Shown: positions 42,516-55,330, counted from the stretch's first letter. The stretch: 64,000 nt of DNA from Gammaproteobacteria bacterium (GCA_965221695.1 OZ244905.1:1120001-1184000); one strand, 5' to 3'. The notes: generated by a model from the sequence alone, not told the origin. Numbers and translations: made by a program.

Positions 42516-43187
42516 ATGAAAATCCTTGCCCTGGACACCTCGACTGAGGCTTGTTCCGCGGCCCTGCTCTGTGACGGCAGCGTCTACGCGCGGCATGAGA
42601 TCGCGCCGCGCCGCCACGCAGAGTTGATTCTCCCCATGGTGGATTCCGTGCTGGCGCAGGCCGGGTTTGGCCTGAACGATCTTGACGCCATCGCGTTTGG
42701 CCGCGGACCCGGGGCCTTCACCGGCGTGCGCATCGCCGCGGGCGTTACCCAGGGACTGGCGCTGGGCGCCAGCCTACCGGTGATTCCGATCTCCTCACTG
42801 GCCGCGCTGGCGCAGCCTGCGCTTGGCAATGGGGCTGTTGTGCTGGCGGCGATCGATGCAAGGATGGGCGAAATTTACTGGGCCGCCTACGAAACTGCGC
42901 AGGATGGTCTGGCAAGTCCGATATCCGAGGAGCAGGTTACCTCGCCCGATCTGGAGAAAGTTCCTGCAACCGGTCCGATCTTTGGCGTCGGCAGCGGCTG
43001 GAAAACCTATCGGGAGCGTCTCGAGCGCGCTCTGACCGGCCAAGTCAGTGGCGCCGATCCGAACTGCTTCCCGCTGGCACAGCATATGCTGCCGCTGGCA
43101 CAGAGAGAATACCGCGCCGGGCATTGCGCCGGCGCGCAACAGGCGTTGCCCGTATATTTGAGGGACAATGTCGTCAAGCAGGGATGA
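42516..43187 (+). CDS. tsaB: tRNA threonylcarbamoyladenosine biosynthesis protein TsaB
   Basis: [41 protein letters not shown]. Confidence 0.96.
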   Translation: MKILALDTSTEACSAALLCDGSVYARHEIAPRRHAELILPMVDSVLAQAGFGLNDLDAIAFGRGPGAFTGVRIAAGVTQGLALGASLPVIPISSLAALAQPALGNGAVVLAAIDARMGEIYWAAYETAQDGLASPISEEQVTSPDLEKVPATGPIFGVGSGWKTYRERLERALTGQVSGADPNCFPLAQHMLPLAQREYRAGHCAGAQQALPVYLRDNVVKQG

Positions 43188-43214
43188 TCGTTAAAACCGC
43201 TGTTGTCATACCGA

Positions 43215-43592
43215 TCAAAGGTCTTTGATAAACTCCTGGTAAGCGTCCTCGTCCATGAACTGCTCCAGTTCGCCCATATCGTCCGGCGCCAGTTTGAAAA
43301 ACCAGCCACTATCGGTAGGGTCGAAATTTACCGCCTCCGGTTTATCTGCCAGGACGCCGTTTACCGCAAGCACCTCGCCACTGATGGCTGCCTTGATCTC
43401 ACCCGCGGCCTTGACGGATTCTATGATTGCCGCCTCACTGCCGGCGCTTAGCATATCGCCCACATTGGGCAACTCGATATAGACAATATCGCCTAGCTGA
43501 TCCTGCGCATAATCAGTGATGCCAATGGTAACCGCGCCATCATCTTCCACGCGCAACCACTCATGCTCTTCGGTAAATTTAATACTACTCAT
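43215..43592 (-). CDS. gcvH: glycine cleavage system H protein
   Basis: HEW, GITDYAQDQLGDIVY, lipoyl-lysine motif ESVKA. Confidence 0.94.
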   Translation of the reverse strand: MSSIKFTEEHEWLRVEDDGAVTIGITDYAQDQLGDIVYIELPNVGDMLSAGSEAAIIESVKAAGEIKAAISGEVLAVNGVLADKPEAVNFDPTDSGWFFKLAPDDMGELEQFMDEDAYQEFIKDL

Positions 43593-43639
43593 GTGCCGCT
43601 AATCTCCTATGAAACCTTTGCTTCAGTCAGTTGGGTTAA

Positions 43640-43666
43640 GGAATCTCTGATTAAGTCAGAGCTTTC
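43640..43666 (-). mobile_element. minimal MITE (27 bp)
   Basis: TTAA-GGAATCTCTGATTAAGTCAGAGCTTTC-CTAA. Confidence 0.65.
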
Positions 43667-43690
43667 CTAAGTATAACACTGAGACCAGAT

Positions 43691-44470
43691 TTACAGCCAA
43701 TGAACCTGTGTTTGTATGGCGCCGTCAGCAGTCAGGGTCAGGGTCCGATAAGCAGGCGGTTTTGTGTCAATCCCTGCCCGCTCCGCGCGCGCAAGAAACT
43801 GCACGCAGGTTGACGGTGAACCGAGCAAGCGCGCGCCATGACGGGTCACGGAAAATTCCTGGTGAATATGTCCCCAGATTATACCTCTTACGTTATCGTG
43901 CCGGTCCAGGGCCTTAAACAACGCCGCGCTGTTTTCCAGCGCCATGGAGTCCATCCATGGACTGCCGATAGTTACAGGATGGTGATGCAGGCAAACCAGG
44001 ACATGTCTGCCGCGAGAACGCGCCAGAGCAGTATCCAGACGGGACAGCTCGGTTGTGGACAGGCAACCGGCGTCGGAGCCAGGCTGATGGGTATTCAGCA
44101 GGATTATCGACCAGGCCGGTCCGGTGAGAAAGTTAGCGGCGCTGATGTTGTCACGGTTCAGCAGGCGCTCCATGAGTTCCGGATCGTCGTGGTTCCCGGC
44201 CAGGCAATACACCGGCAGTTCAAGCTGGCGGAGTATCCCGGCCAGTTTTTCATAGACCGCTACCGACGGATTGTTGGCCAGATCGCCCGTCAGTAGCACA
44301 AGATCGAGATCCTCATGACGCTTCACCGCGTTGATGATATCCAGCAAGGTGTCGGTGGTATTGACGCCGGCCAGAAGTTCGTTGTCGTCGGCGAAGATAT
44401 GTGTATCCGTCAGTTGCGCCAGTTTAATCTGCGCCGGGCGCTGACAATGCAGTTCAATATGCTGTAGCAT
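43691..44470 (-). CDS. cpdA: 3',5'-cyclic-AMP phosphodiesterase
   Basis: TDTH, TGDL, GNHD, HHHP, GHIHQE, PSTCVQF. Confidence 0.92.
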   Translation of the reverse strand: MLQHIELHCQRPAQIKLAQLTDTHIFADDNELLAGVNTTDTLLDIINAVKRHEDLDLVLLTGDLANNPSVAVYEKLAGILRQLELPVYCLAGNHDDPELMERLLNRDNISAANFLTGPAWSIILLNTHQPGSDAGCLSTTELSRLDTALARSRGRHVLVCLHHHPVTIGSPWMDSMALENSAALFKALDRHDNVRGIIWGHIHQEFSVTRHGARLLGSPSTCVQFLARAERAGIDTKPPAYRTLTLTADGAIQTQVHWL

Positions 44471-44495
44471 GGTTGTATTACATTCCAGGAAAAAA

Positions 44496-45161
44496 ATGAT
44501 GTCCAGCAGTTCTATTCATTTAACCGGGCAACTCTACAGGTATTTTCAGTCCGTGTCGTTACGGGAGGATGAAATCCTGCGTCGCTGCCGCGAGGAAACA
44601 GCAGAACATAAATGGGCCAACATGCAGATTTCCCCTGAGCAGGGACAGTTCATGACCATGCTGGTAAAGCTGCTCGATGCCAGGAAAATCATCGAACTCG
44701 GAGTATTTACCGGGTACAGCAGCCTGTGCATGGCCAGAGCGCTGCCGGCGGGTGGCAAACTCATTGCCTGTGATGTGAACAAGGAATACACCGATAAGGC
44801 CAGCCAGTACTGGCAAGCGGCCGGTGTTGCGGAGAAAATCGAGTTGCGCTTGGCCCCGGCTCTTGACACCTTGACCGACCTGCTGCGCCACGGCGAGGCG
44901 GGCAACTTCGATTTCATATTTGTCGATGCGATAAAGGAAGAATATTCTGACTATTATCCTTTGAACTACCGTTTATTACGGCGCGGCGGTCTGATGGCCA
45001 TAGACAATGTGCTCTGGGGGGGCAATGTGGCCGACCCGGAAAATCAAACAGCCGAAACCAACGCGATCCGCGCCTTCAACAAAATGGCGCATGAAGATGA
45101 CCGGGTGGATATCTGTATGCTCCCGGTCGGCGACGGCCTAAGCCTGATCAGGAAACGCTGA
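44496..45161 (+). CDS. class I SAM-dependent O-methyltransferase (caffeoyl-CoA OMT-like)
   Basis: MQISPEQGQF, ELGVFTGYS, FDFIFVDA.K, DNVLW.G, PVGDGL. Confidence 0.9.
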   Translation: MMSSSSIHLTGQLYRYFQSVSLREDEILRRCREETAEHKWANMQISPEQGQFMTMLVKLLDARKIIELGVFTGYSSLCMARALPAGGKLIACDVNKEYTDKASQYWQAAGVAEKIELRLAPALDTLTDLLRHGEAGNFDFIFVDAIKEEYSDYYPLNYRLLRRGGLMAIDNVLWGGNVADPENQTAETNAIRAFNKMAHEDDRVDICMLPVGDGLSLIRKR

Positions 45162-45164
45162 GCC

Positions 45165-46550
<1,386 letters not shown>

Positions 46551-46593
46551 TAAGGCTCTAAGCGCTGGCAACATTTTATCGGAAACCTGGTTT

Positions 46594-47943
46594 ATGCGTT
46601 TTTTTCAATTGTTGGCGCGTCCGTTTGTCGCATTCGTAGAGCGATACTATCCGGACCCGTTTGTATTCGTGGTCCTGCTCTCCGCGCTCACCTTCGTGTT
46701 GTCCCTGGTCCTGGCCGATGCGACACCGGCCAGCGCCCTGTCCACCTGGGGCGACGGCCTACCCAGCCTGCTGAGCTTTACGTCCCAGATCTGCATTACC
46801 CTGCTGACGGCCCATGCGCTGGCCCATACCGACCGGGTGCAAGCCCTGTTGAAGCGCGTCGGCAATATTCCGAACAGCGCCACAGGCGCTTATGCCCTGG
46901 TAGCATTCAGCGCCGGCATCGGTTCGCTTATTGCCTGGTCGCTGGGTCTCATCGCAGGAGCCACCGTGGCGCGTGAAGTCGCCAGACAGAGCGTCGCAAG
47001 AGGCCTACGGATTCACTACCCATTACTGGTCGCATCCGCCTACGCCGGTTTTGTCATCTGGCACATGGGTTATTCCTCATCCGCCGGACTGTTTGTCGCC
47101 ACCGCCGGTCATTCGCTGGAAGCGCAAATCGGCGTCATCCCGATCACAGAGACCGTGTTTACACTGCGCAACGGCCTGCTGGCGTTGATTACCCTGGTCA
47201 TCATCACTGCCATCTGCCCGTTAATGCGCCCCAAAGAACAAGAAATAATCGAGATCTACCCCGTCCTGCTTGAGGAGCGCGCCGAAGAACCCGGCGCGCG
47301 GGCCGGGCGTCAGACCTTTGCCCAGTATCTTGACGCCATGCGCCCCCTGACGCTGCTCCTCGGCGCCGGCCTGTTCTGCTATATCGGCTACAGTTTCTAC
47401 GCACAAGGCTTTCACCTGAACCTGAACCTGGTGAACTGGTCATTCCTGGGCGCCGGCCTGCTGCTGGCGCGCTCGCCTTCCCATTACGTGCAATTAATCA
47501 ACAACGCAAGTTCGACCATCGGACCCGTGCTCATTCAATACCCGTTCTATGCCGGTATCCTGGGCATGATGCAGGGAACCGGGCTCGCCGGCATCATCTC
47601 CGACTGGTTCACCGCTATAGCAACCCCGCAGACACTCGGCTTCTTCGCGTTTCTCTGCGCCGGCCTCGTCAACATGTTCATCCCGTCAGGGGGCGGCCAA
47701 TGGGCAGTGCAAGGCCCGATTTTCATCGAAGCCGGGCAGAACCTGGGAGTCGATCCCTCCATCATCGTGCTGGCCATCTCCTACGGCGACCAGTGGACGA
47801 ACATGATCCAACCCTTCTGGACCATCCCCCTACTGGCGATAGCGGGCCTGCACATGCGCCAGATCATGGGCTACACCTTCGTCATATTCCTGCTGACCCT
47901 GTTCCTGTTCGGCGGTGGTTTGCTGCTCTGGGGCGCGGGGTAA
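46594..47943 (+). CDS. atoE: short-chain fatty acid transporter
   Basis: PDPFVF, HYPLLVASAY.GF, QYPFYAGI, PSGGGQWAVQGP, GDQWTNMIQPFW. Confidence 0.9.
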   Translation: MRFFQLLARPFVAFVERYYPDPFVFVVLLSALTFVLSLVLADATPASALSTWGDGLPSLLSFTSQICITLLTAHALAHTDRVQALLKRVGNIPNSATGAYALVAFSAGIGSLIAWSLGLIAGATVAREVARQSVARGLRIHYPLLVASAYAGFVIWHMGYSSSAGLFVATAGHSLEAQIGVIPITETVFTLRNGLLALITLVIITAICPLMRPKEQEIIEIYPVLLEERAEEPGARAGRQTFAQYLDAMRPLTLLLGAGLFCYIGYSFYAQGFHLNLNLVNWSFLGAGLLLARSPSHYVQLINNASSTIGPVLIQYPFYAGILGMMQGTGLAGIISDWFTAIATPQTLGFFAFLCAGLVNMFIPSGGGQWAVQGPIFIEAGQNLGVDPSIIVLAISYGDQWTNMIQPFWTIPLLAIAGLHMRQIMGYTFVIFLLTLFLFGGGLLLWGAG

Positions 47944-47944
47944 T

Positions 47945-50200
47945 TCAAAACTGAAACGTCACCTCGCCGCCGATGACGCGGCCCTTGGCCAGGGGGGCAT
48001 AGGCGCCGCCCAGGGGAATGGGGCCGAGCATTGATGGAAGCTGGGTGTCGCCGCCATGCTTGACCTCATTCAGCAGGTTCTTGCCGTAGATTGACAATAC
48101 CCAGCGGCTGTTGGCCAGGTGGAAGTCCAGGCCGGCATCCAGGATCTTCTGCGAGAGGATATAACCCAGGTTGTTGTCGGTGAAAAACGATTTGTCCCGG
48201 TAGGAGTAGCGGACCCGTGTGTCGATATCACCCCAATCACCGGCTTGCAGGCGGTGCATCAGCCCCAGGCTCCAGGTCCACTCTGCGGCGCGCGGCAGGT
48301 CCAGGTCTTTGTCGCGATCATCAATCCCGCCATCGCTGTTCAGGTCGAAACTCACTTTCTTGTACTCCGGGTCCAGCCAGCCAACGGAACCGGTAACCTG
48401 GATATTTTCCGCCAGGCTTAGCGCGCCGTCCAACTCGAAACCGAGTATTTCGGCGTCTGCCGTGTTCTTGATCACCTGCACGACTCCGGAGATGGGGTCG
48501 GCCAGGTTGACTTCCCGCTGCATGTCTTCGATGTCATTGAAAAACAGCGCGCCGTTCAGGTAACCCTGGGCAAAACTCAATTTCCAACCGATTTCATAGT
48601 TATCAACGGTCTCGTCCTCAAACGGTCCGGGGCCAAGGTTTACCACATCGATGGCGGTGTTGCGCAGGTTGTAGCCACCGGAACGGAAGCCCCGGCTCCA
48701 ATGCGCGTACAGGCGCGCGCGATCAGTGACGCGCCAGCTCATACCCACCTTGGGAGACCAGCTATCCCACTCTTTATCATCGGTAAAATCAAAATTGCAA
48801 GTGTCTTCAAGCACATTGCAGGGCGAGTTGACGTTTCTGACCAGGGAGGCGATGCGCGCCTTCTTTTCTTCCGATGTGTAGCGCAAACCGGCGCTGAATG
48901 TGATCGAATCGCTCAGGTCATAGTCCACCGCCGCGAACACGCCGATGGTTTCCACTTCGTATTCGCCCCCGCCATCCTGGGTCAATGCCGGAGAGCCGTC
49001 CGGGGTCACCAGCCCCAGCAGGTTGCGCCGCTCATGGTAAACAATGTCGTTGTTGAAATAGTAAACGCCCGTAGTCAGGTTGACACGCTGCGCAAACACG
49101 CCATTGTAGCGCAGCTCGTTGCTCACCTGTTCCTTGTCCTCGTAGCCAAACGCGTGAAACAGGCTGACAGGTTGGGCATCGATATCGCTCAGCAACGCCA
49201 ATTCTTCGCTTCGATAGCCGAAAATGTTGGTAATCTTGCCGTTTTCGCCGACGTTCAAGTTAAGTTCAGCGCTGACAAAATGCGTTTCCACATCCAGGAA
49301 GCCTTCCTCATTTATGGAAAAATCGTGGCTGTCCCGGTCAAAGCTCAGCGGTTTGGCGTCGATCCCGAGCCCGTTGGTATGCGCCTGAGAAACGGAACCG
49401 TCACCGTCGATTTCCCTGTACTGGTAACGCAATACCAGTTCCACCCTGTCGCCGGCCTGCCAGACCACGACCGGGCGAAACATCAGTTGTTCCAGGGCGC
49501 CGAAGTCATTGCCGTTCAACTCGTTCTCAAACCAGCCATCATCATCGTTGTAGTATGCCGTGACACCGATACTGAGGCCGTCACCGACCGGGCCGCCAAT
49601 GCTGCCCATCAGGTACTTGTTCAGTCCGCCGTCACCGCCGCCGTCCAGCGCGGCGCGCACGCGGGCCTCGAATTCCTCACCGGGTTTCCGGGTGTTCATG
49701 AGGATGGCGCCACCGGTCACGTTGCGCCCGAACAGGATGCCTTGCGGGCCGCGCAGGACTTCGATGCTTTCCAGGTCAAAAGCATCGAACGCAGCGCCGG
49801 TATTTGACCCCAGATAAACGCCGTCAACGAAGATGCCCACGGTGGGGTCGATGGACGGGATGGAACTGTTCACCCCCAGGCCGCGTATGGAAAAGTTGGA
49901 GATGCCCCTGGCAGTGCCAATCTCATCCAGGGCCACATTGGGCAGACTCACTGCCAGGTCGGTCAGGCCGCGTAGTTTGCGCGCGTCGATCTCATCAGCT
50001 CCCAGCGCGCTGATCGAAAGCGGCGTATCAAATAACGTTTCTTCCCGTTTTAGCGCGGTCACCACGACCTCTTCCAGCATGGGCAGCATATCCCGCTGTT
50101 GTCCGGATTCCTGCGTGTTCGCGGTGAGTGGAGTGAAAATACCGTTTAGTACAATCAGCGCGGTAAACAGAATGGAACTATTGCGATATCGGTTGAACAT
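47945..50200 (-). CDS. TonB-dependent receptor
   Basis: TonB box LEEVVVTA, plug IEVLRGPQG.LFGRN..GG, C-terminal Phe. Confidence 0.94.
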   Translation of the reverse strand: MFNRYRNSSILFTALIVLNGIFTPLTANTQESGQQRDMLPMLEEVVVTALKREETLFDTPLSISALGADEIDARKLRGLTDLAVSLPNVALDEIGTARGISNFSIRGLGVNSSIPSIDPTVGIFVDGVYLGSNTGAAFDAFDLESIEVLRGPQGILFGRNVTGGAILMNTRKPGEEFEARVRAALDGGGDGGLNKYLMGSIGGPVGDGLSIGVTAYYNDDDGWFENELNGNDFGALEQLMFRPVVVWQAGDRVELVLRYQYREIDGDGSVSQAHTNGLGIDAKPLSFDRDSHDFSINEEGFLDVETHFVSAELNLNVGENGKITNIFGYRSEELALLSDIDAQPVSLFHAFGYEDKEQVSNELRYNGVFAQRVNLTTGVYYFNNDIVYHERRNLLGLVTPDGSPALTQDGGGEYEVETIGVFAAVDYDLSDSITFSAGLRYTSEEKKARIASLVRNVNSPCNVLEDTCNFDFTDDKEWDSWSPKVGMSWRVTDRARLYAHWSRGFRSGGYNLRNTAIDVVNLGPGPFEDETVDNYEIGWKLSFAQGYLNGALFFNDIEDMQREVNLADPISGVVQVIKNTADAEILGFELDGALSLAENIQVTGSVGWLDPEYKKVSFDLNSDGGIDDRDKDLDLPRAAEWTWSLGLMHRLQAGDWGDIDTRVRYSYRDKSFFTDNNLGYILSQKILDAGLDFHLANSRWVLSIYGKNLLNEVKHGGDTQLPSMLGPIPLGGAYAPLAKGRVIGGEVTFQF

Positions 50201-50217
50201 TTGACACCCCCCTCAGT

Positions 50218-52164
50218 TTAAGAAGCTAAACCATCACTTAGTTGATCCAGTGTACACGATTCATGGCGTCGAAAAAAAGCTTCCACGTCCTGTAACTCGC
50301 TGGTATGCGCCATCTCCGGCAAGCTGTTCAGGAAAATCCTGCCGTAGGGTCGGGTCCTGAGCCTGGGGTCGCCGATCATCAACGCGCCGTAATCGCTGCT
50401 GTCCCTGATCAAGCGTCCGATGCCCTGTTTCAAGGCCAGCGCCGCTTCGGGCACCTGGTATTCCAGGAACGGATTCCTACCCTGCTCCTCCATCCGGGTC
50501 AGTCTCGCTTTCAATACCGGATCGCCTGGAGAGGCGAACGGCAGTTTGTCGATGATGACGCAGGACAGGGCCTGTCCCCGGACATCCACCCCCTCCCAGA
50601 AACTGCTGGTGCCCAGCAATACCGCTTGGGGGGTGGTCCTGAAGGTTTCCAGCAGTTCTGTACGCGGCGCGTCTCCCTGTACCAGGATCGGATAATCCAG
50701 CGCATCGCCGACCAGTTCGGCAGCCTGGCGCAGCGCCCGGTGGCTGGTAAACAGGAAAAATGCCCGTCCCCTGGTGAGGCGCAACAGCGGGACCGCTTTT
50801 TCCACCAGCCTCTCAGTAAAATCGCTCGCACCTGGTTCGGGTAAGCCCGGGGGCAGATACAACAGTGACTGGCTAGTGAAGTCGAACGGGCTATCCCAGT
50901 CGCAGGTTTTGACCTGTTCCAGGCCGAGGCGCGCAGAAAAATAGTCAAACTGCCGGTTCACACTCAGGGTTGCAGAGGTAAACACGTTTATGCACTCGAA
51001 TTCCTGCATGCGCGCGCGGAACACGCCGGCAATATCCAACGGGGTCTGGTGCAGGAAAAACCCGTTGCCGCGTAGTTCAAGCCAGCGGATGAACTCATCT
51101 TGTTCGCGTTCGTTGAAGCGATCCAACAATGCCGATGCTGTAACCACTCGCTTGTGGCAGTGTTCCAGTAACTTACCTCGACCGGCGAAGTCCTCCAGCG
51201 CCTTGTGTACGGCAGCAATTTTCTCCAGAAGGGTCGATAATGCGGCGCTTACCTTCTCCTTTATCTCAGCCCAGGCGATGCGGCTGTCTTCCCGCGGGAA
51301 ACTCAGGATCAAGTCGCGGATTGCTTTTTGAACCTGATCCAGCACTTCCGGAAAATCAGGCAGGTCCGCGGCCTCCTCAAAGTACGCTTTCCTGGTGTCG
51401 GACACCAGTTCCAGCAGTTGCCGGCTGCCCAGGGTCTCGCTGAAAAACTGTGAAGCCAGTTCCGGCAACTGGTGTGCCTCGTCGAACACCACCATCTCCG
51501 CGCTGGGCAGCAGTTCGCCGTAACCGGCCTCCTTCAGCGCCATGTCCGCCAGGAACAGGTGATGGTTGACGACAGCCAGGTCCGCGTCCGCGGCGCGGCG
51601 GCGGGCGCGGAAAATGAAACAATCATCATAAAAGTCACATTCCTGGCCCAGGCAGTTATCGGTGGTGGAAACGCAGTGGGACCTGACGGAAGCCTGTTCC
51701 GGAATATGGGTCAACTCGGCCAGGTCGCCACTATCTGTCTGTTGCGACCAATCCCGAATATCAGCCAGGTAACTTCTGTCCTGCGGTTGTAGACGGCGCG
51801 GGTCGGTTTCCGCTTGTCTCAGACGATGCAGACACAGGTAATTGGCGCGCCCCTTCAACAACGCCGCCTTAAGCGTCCGGCCGACGGCTGCGCGCACCAG
51901 CGGCAGATCGCGGGCAAAAAGCTGGTCCTGCAGATGTTTGGTGCCGGTAGAGATGACCACTTTACGGCCCGACTGAATCGCCGGCACAAGGTATGCAAAG
52001 GTTTTGCCGGTGCCGGTGCCGGCCTCGCAGATCAGTGATTCACCCTGGTCTATCGCCTCCCGTATAGCCTCGGCCATCTCGAGCTGCTGCGGCCGAGCCG
52101 AGAAATCCTGGACCAGGCCCGACAGGACGCCGTCTTCACCGAGGATTTCTATCGGTGTTTGCAT
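50218..52164 (-). CDS. yoaA: DinG-family Fe-S DNA helicase YoaA
   Basis: EAGTGTGKT, LKGRANYLC, DEAH, SATL, FWEGVDV, QGIGRLIR. Confidence 0.92.
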   Translation of the reverse strand: MQTPIEILGEDGVLSGLVQDFSARPQQLEMAEAIREAIDQGESLICEAGTGTGKTFAYLVPAIQSGRKVVISTGTKHLQDQLFARDLPLVRAAVGRTLKAALLKGRANYLCLHRLRQAETDPRRLQPQDRSYLADIRDWSQQTDSGDLAELTHIPEQASVRSHCVSTTDNCLGQECDFYDDCFIFRARRRAADADLAVVNHHLFLADMALKEAGYGELLPSAEMVVFDEAHQLPELASQFFSETLGSRQLLELVSDTRKAYFEEAADLPDFPEVLDQVQKAIRDLILSFPREDSRIAWAEIKEKVSAALSTLLEKIAAVHKALEDFAGRGKLLEHCHKRVVTASALLDRFNEREQDEFIRWLELRGNGFFLHQTPLDIAGVFRARMQEFECINVFTSATLSVNRQFDYFSARLGLEQVKTCDWDSPFDFTSQSLLYLPPGLPEPGASDFTERLVEKAVPLLRLTRGRAFFLFTSHRALRQAAELVGDALDYPILVQGDAPRTELLETFRTTPQAVLLGTSSFWEGVDVRGQALSCVIIDKLPFASPGDPVLKARLTRMEEQGRNPFLEYQVPEAALALKQGIGRLIRDSSDYGALMIGDPRLRTRPYGRIFLNSLPEMAHTSELQDVEAFFRRHESCTLDQLSDGLAS

Positions 52165-52203
52165 TTGAAGTCCTTTTAAGGTGTCAGAGTGATAACCAAC
52201 GGT

Positions 52204-52770
52204 TTATTTCACACGACTCACATACTCCCCCGTGCGGGTATCCACCTTGATTCTCTCGTCCTGCTCAATGAACAAGGGCACCTTGACGGTGGCTCCGGTT
52301 TCCAGGACGGCCGGTTTGGCGCCGCCGGAGGCCGTGTCGCCGCGTACACCCGGGTCAGTTTCGGTGATCGTGAGTTCGACGAAGTTCGGCGGCTGCACGG
52401 TCAGCGGCGCGCCATTCCATAAAGTCACCCCACAGTTCTCCTCCCCGGTCAGCCATTGGGCGGCATTGCCCAGCGCAGTCTCATCGACTTCGACCTGCTC
52501 ATAGGTGTTCATGTCCATGAAATACCAGATATCACCATCGTTATAGAGGTACTGCAACGTCACCTCCATCACGTCAGCAGCGGGCACGCTCTCACCGGAC
52601 TTGTAGGTCTTTTCCAGCACTCTGTCCGTCTTCAGGTTGCGAATCCTGATGCGCGTGAAGGCCTGCCCCTTGCCCGGCTTGACAAACTCACTCTCCAGTA
52701 TCGCGCAGGGGTCGCCATCGATAATCAGTTTCAGGCCAGGTTTGAATTCGTTTGTGCCGTAGTTCGCCAT
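52204..52770 (-). CDS. efp: elongation factor P
   Basis: [29 protein letters not shown]; ATG 52770. Confidence 0.97.
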   Translation of the reverse strand: MANYGTNEFKPGLKLIIDGDPCAILESEFVKPGKGQAFTRIRIRNLKTDRVLEKTYKSGESVPAADVMEVTLQYLYNDGDIWYFMDMNTYEQVEVDETALGNAAQWLTGEENCGVTLWNGAPLTVQPPNFVELTITETDPGVRGDTASGGAKPAVLETGATVKVPLFIEQDERIKVDTRTGEYVSRVK

Positions 52771-52777
52771 GTTTTCT

Positions 52778-55027
52778 TCAATCCGGTTTAATTGTCGCCA
52801 CCTGCCGGTAGCCCCGCGGCAGGACGCTGCCGCGACGGCCGCGTGCGCCATGATAATGGTTCCAGTCCTTCGGTTTCAAGGTCAGGTGGCGTTTGCCGGA
52901 CTCCAGCCGCAGCTTGTCTTTTTTTCCGAATACGGTGAAAGCAACCAGGTACTCCTCCCGATTCTTGAGCCTGGCCGGCGGCATCTGCATGATCTTGACC
53001 CCTTTGCCCCGGGCCAGTTGCGGGAACTCGGCCAAGTCCGTCACCAGCAGGCGACCCTCTGAACTCACCGCGGCCACCAGGTCCTGCTGGTGATCAGTTA
53101 CCGCTACCGGCGGCAGGATCAGCGCGGACTGTGGCACGTTCAACACTGCTTTGCCGGCTTTCACCTTCACATACAGGTCGCCCAGCCTGGCGACGAACCC
53201 ATAGCCGGCATCGGTGGCAAGAAAATACAGGTCATCACTCTCACCCAGCATCACACCGACGAAGGCGGCGCCGTCCGGCGGCGTTACCCAGGCCGACACC
53301 GGTTCGCCATGACTGCGCGCCGACGGCAGGATGTGCGAAGGAATGGAATAGCAGCGGCCGGTGGTATCAAGAAATACTGCCAACTGGTTGCTGCGCCCCA
53401 TCGCAGCCTGCCTGAAATTATCGCCGGCCCGGTAAGTCAGGGTTTCCGAGTTGATGTCATGCCCTTTCGCGGCCCTCACCCAACCTTTCTCGGACAGTAT
53501 TACCGTCAGCGGTTCCGTAGGCAACAGTTTTGTCTCATCCAACGCCCGGGCTTCTTCGCGCTGTTCCAGGGGTGAGCGACGCGCATCGCCGAACTTTTCC
53601 ATATCAGCCCGGATTTCCTCCTTAACCTGGTTCTTCAAACGGGTGGCCGAACCCAGTATCTGCCGTAGCTGCTCGCGTTCTTGCTGCAACTCGTCCAGTT
53701 CACCGCGGATCTTTATCTCCTCCAGTTTGGCAAGACGCCGTAACCTGAGGTCGAGAATGGCCTCAGCCTGAGCATCGGACAGGTGAAATCGCCGCATCAA
53801 CTCCTGCTTGGGGTCGTCTTCCTCGCGTATGATCCGAATCACTTCGTCAATGTTCAGGTACGCGATCATCAGGCCTTCCAGCACATGCAGCCGCTGCTCA
53901 ACCTGCTCCAGCCGATACTGCAGGCGCCGGCGCACCGTCTCCGTGCGGTACTGCAACCACTCCTCCAGGATGGTCTTCAGGTCCTTGACCTGGGGCCGAC
54001 CATTGATGCCGATCATGTTCAGGTTGACCCGGTAACTGCGTTCCAGGTCCGTCGTGGCGAACAGGTGCGACATCAGTTCCGTCAGGTTGACACGGTTGGA
54101 GCGCGGGATAAACACCAACCGGGTCGGATTCTCATGGTCGGATTCATCGCGCAGATCCGCCAGCATGGGTAGTTTCTTCGCCTGCATCTGCGCGGCCACC
54201 TGTTCCAGAATCCTGTTCCCCGATGTCTGGTATGGCAACGCAGTCACGATTACGTTCCCGGCCTCCTTCTCCCACTTGGCCCGCAGTTTCACCGAACCGT
54301 AACCGCTTCGATAGATTTCCCGGATTTCAGTTGCCGGCGTAATTATTTCCGCCTCTGTGGGAAAGTCCGGGCCTTGCACATGGTCGAACAGATCATCAAT
54401 CGTACTTCGGGGCTGCTCCAGCAGGTGGATGCAGGCGCCGGCCACCTCCTCCAGGTTGTGGGGCGGTATGTCCGTCGCCATGCCGACAGCAATGCCCGTG
54501 GCGCCGTTCAATAATATATTCGGCAGGCGCGCAGGCAACAGCTTAGGCTCCTGCAGGGTGCCGTCGAAATTAGGAACCCAGTCAACCGTCCCCTGCCCCA
54601 GTTCCGCCAGCAGCGTCTGGCTATATGGTTTGAGCCTGGATTCCGTGTAGCGCATGGCCGCAAACGACTTGGGGTCGTCCATGGAACCCCAGTTCCCCTG
54701 GCCGTCGATAATGGGATAGCGGTAGCTGAAGTCCTGGGCCATCAGTACCATGGCCTCGTAACAGGCGCTGTCTCCGTGCGGATGGAACTTGCCGATAACG
54801 TCTCCCACCGTGCGGGCCGACTTCTTGAACTTGGCGGCCGCGCTCAGGCCCAGTTCCGACATCGCGTAGATGATGCGCCGCTGTACCGGCTTTAAACCGT
54901 CGCCGATGTGCGGCAGCGCACGGTCCAGGATGACATACATGGAGTAATCCAGGTATGCCTTTTCGGTAAATTCATATAAGGGTCGGGTTTCGTTCTGCTC
55001 GAAATCCAAGACAAGATTTTGCGACAT
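52778..55027 (-). CDS. parC: DNA topoisomerase IV subunit A
   Basis: [31 protein letters not shown]. Confidence 0.97.
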   Translation of the reverse strand: MSQNLVLDFEQNETRPLYEFTEKAYLDYSMYVILDRALPHIGDGLKPVQRRIIYAMSELGLSAAAKFKKSARTVGDVIGKFHPHGDSACYEAMVLMAQDFSYRYPIIDGQGNWGSMDDPKSFAAMRYTESRLKPYSQTLLAELGQGTVDWVPNFDGTLQEPKLLPARLPNILLNGATGIAVGMATDIPPHNLEEVAGACIHLLEQPRSTIDDLFDHVQGPDFPTEAEIITPATEIREIYRSGYGSVKLRAKWEKEAGNVIVTALPYQTSGNRILEQVAAQMQAKKLPMLADLRDESDHENPTRLVFIPRSNRVNLTELMSHLFATTDLERSYRVNLNMIGINGRPQVKDLKTILEEWLQYRTETVRRRLQYRLEQVEQRLHVLEGLMIAYLNIDEVIRIIREEDDPKQELMRRFHLSDAQAEAILDLRLRRLAKLEEIKIRGELDELQQEREQLRQILGSATRLKNQVKEEIRADMEKFGDARRSPLEQREEARALDETKLLPTEPLTVILSEKGWVRAAKGHDINSETLTYRAGDNFRQAAMGRSNQLAVFLDTTGRCYSIPSHILPSARSHGEPVSAWVTPPDGAAFVGVMLGESDDLYFLATDAGYGFVARLGDLYVKVKAGKAVLNVPQSALILPPVAVTDHQQDLVAAVSSEGRLLVTDLAEFPQLARGKGVKIMQMPPARLKNREEYLVAFTVFGKKDKLRLESGKRHLTLKPKDWNHYHGARGRRGSVLPRGYRQVATIKPD

Positions 55028-55238
55028 TACGCGTTCCTTTTACTAATGGTTCCTTTTACTAATGTCGCAAGCCCTGAAGACTGCGACGTGATGATATTGG
55101 AACATAGCACAGGCTGCGCAACACTGCAATGGGAGCTGCGATAACCGAATTCAATTCTGCCCCCCTCTGTTGAAGTTTAAATACCATCCATTCCGCATCA
55201 GAAGCCCGGAAGCTTGGTAGAGGATATGATATAGTTGA

Positions 55239-55330
55239 GAAAGCTCTAAGACTTAATCAGAGGTTGCTTAACGCTACCGCAGCCGATAAGGATCGATATA
55301 AAGGAAGCTCTGACTTACATCAGAGGTTCC
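55239..55330 (+). mobile_element. two minimal MITE copies (55239-55267 and 55303-55330)
   Basis: GAAAGCTCTAAGACTTAATCAGAGGTTGC-TTAA and TAAA-GGAAGCTCTGACTTACATCAGAGGTTCC-TAAA. Confidence 0.7.
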
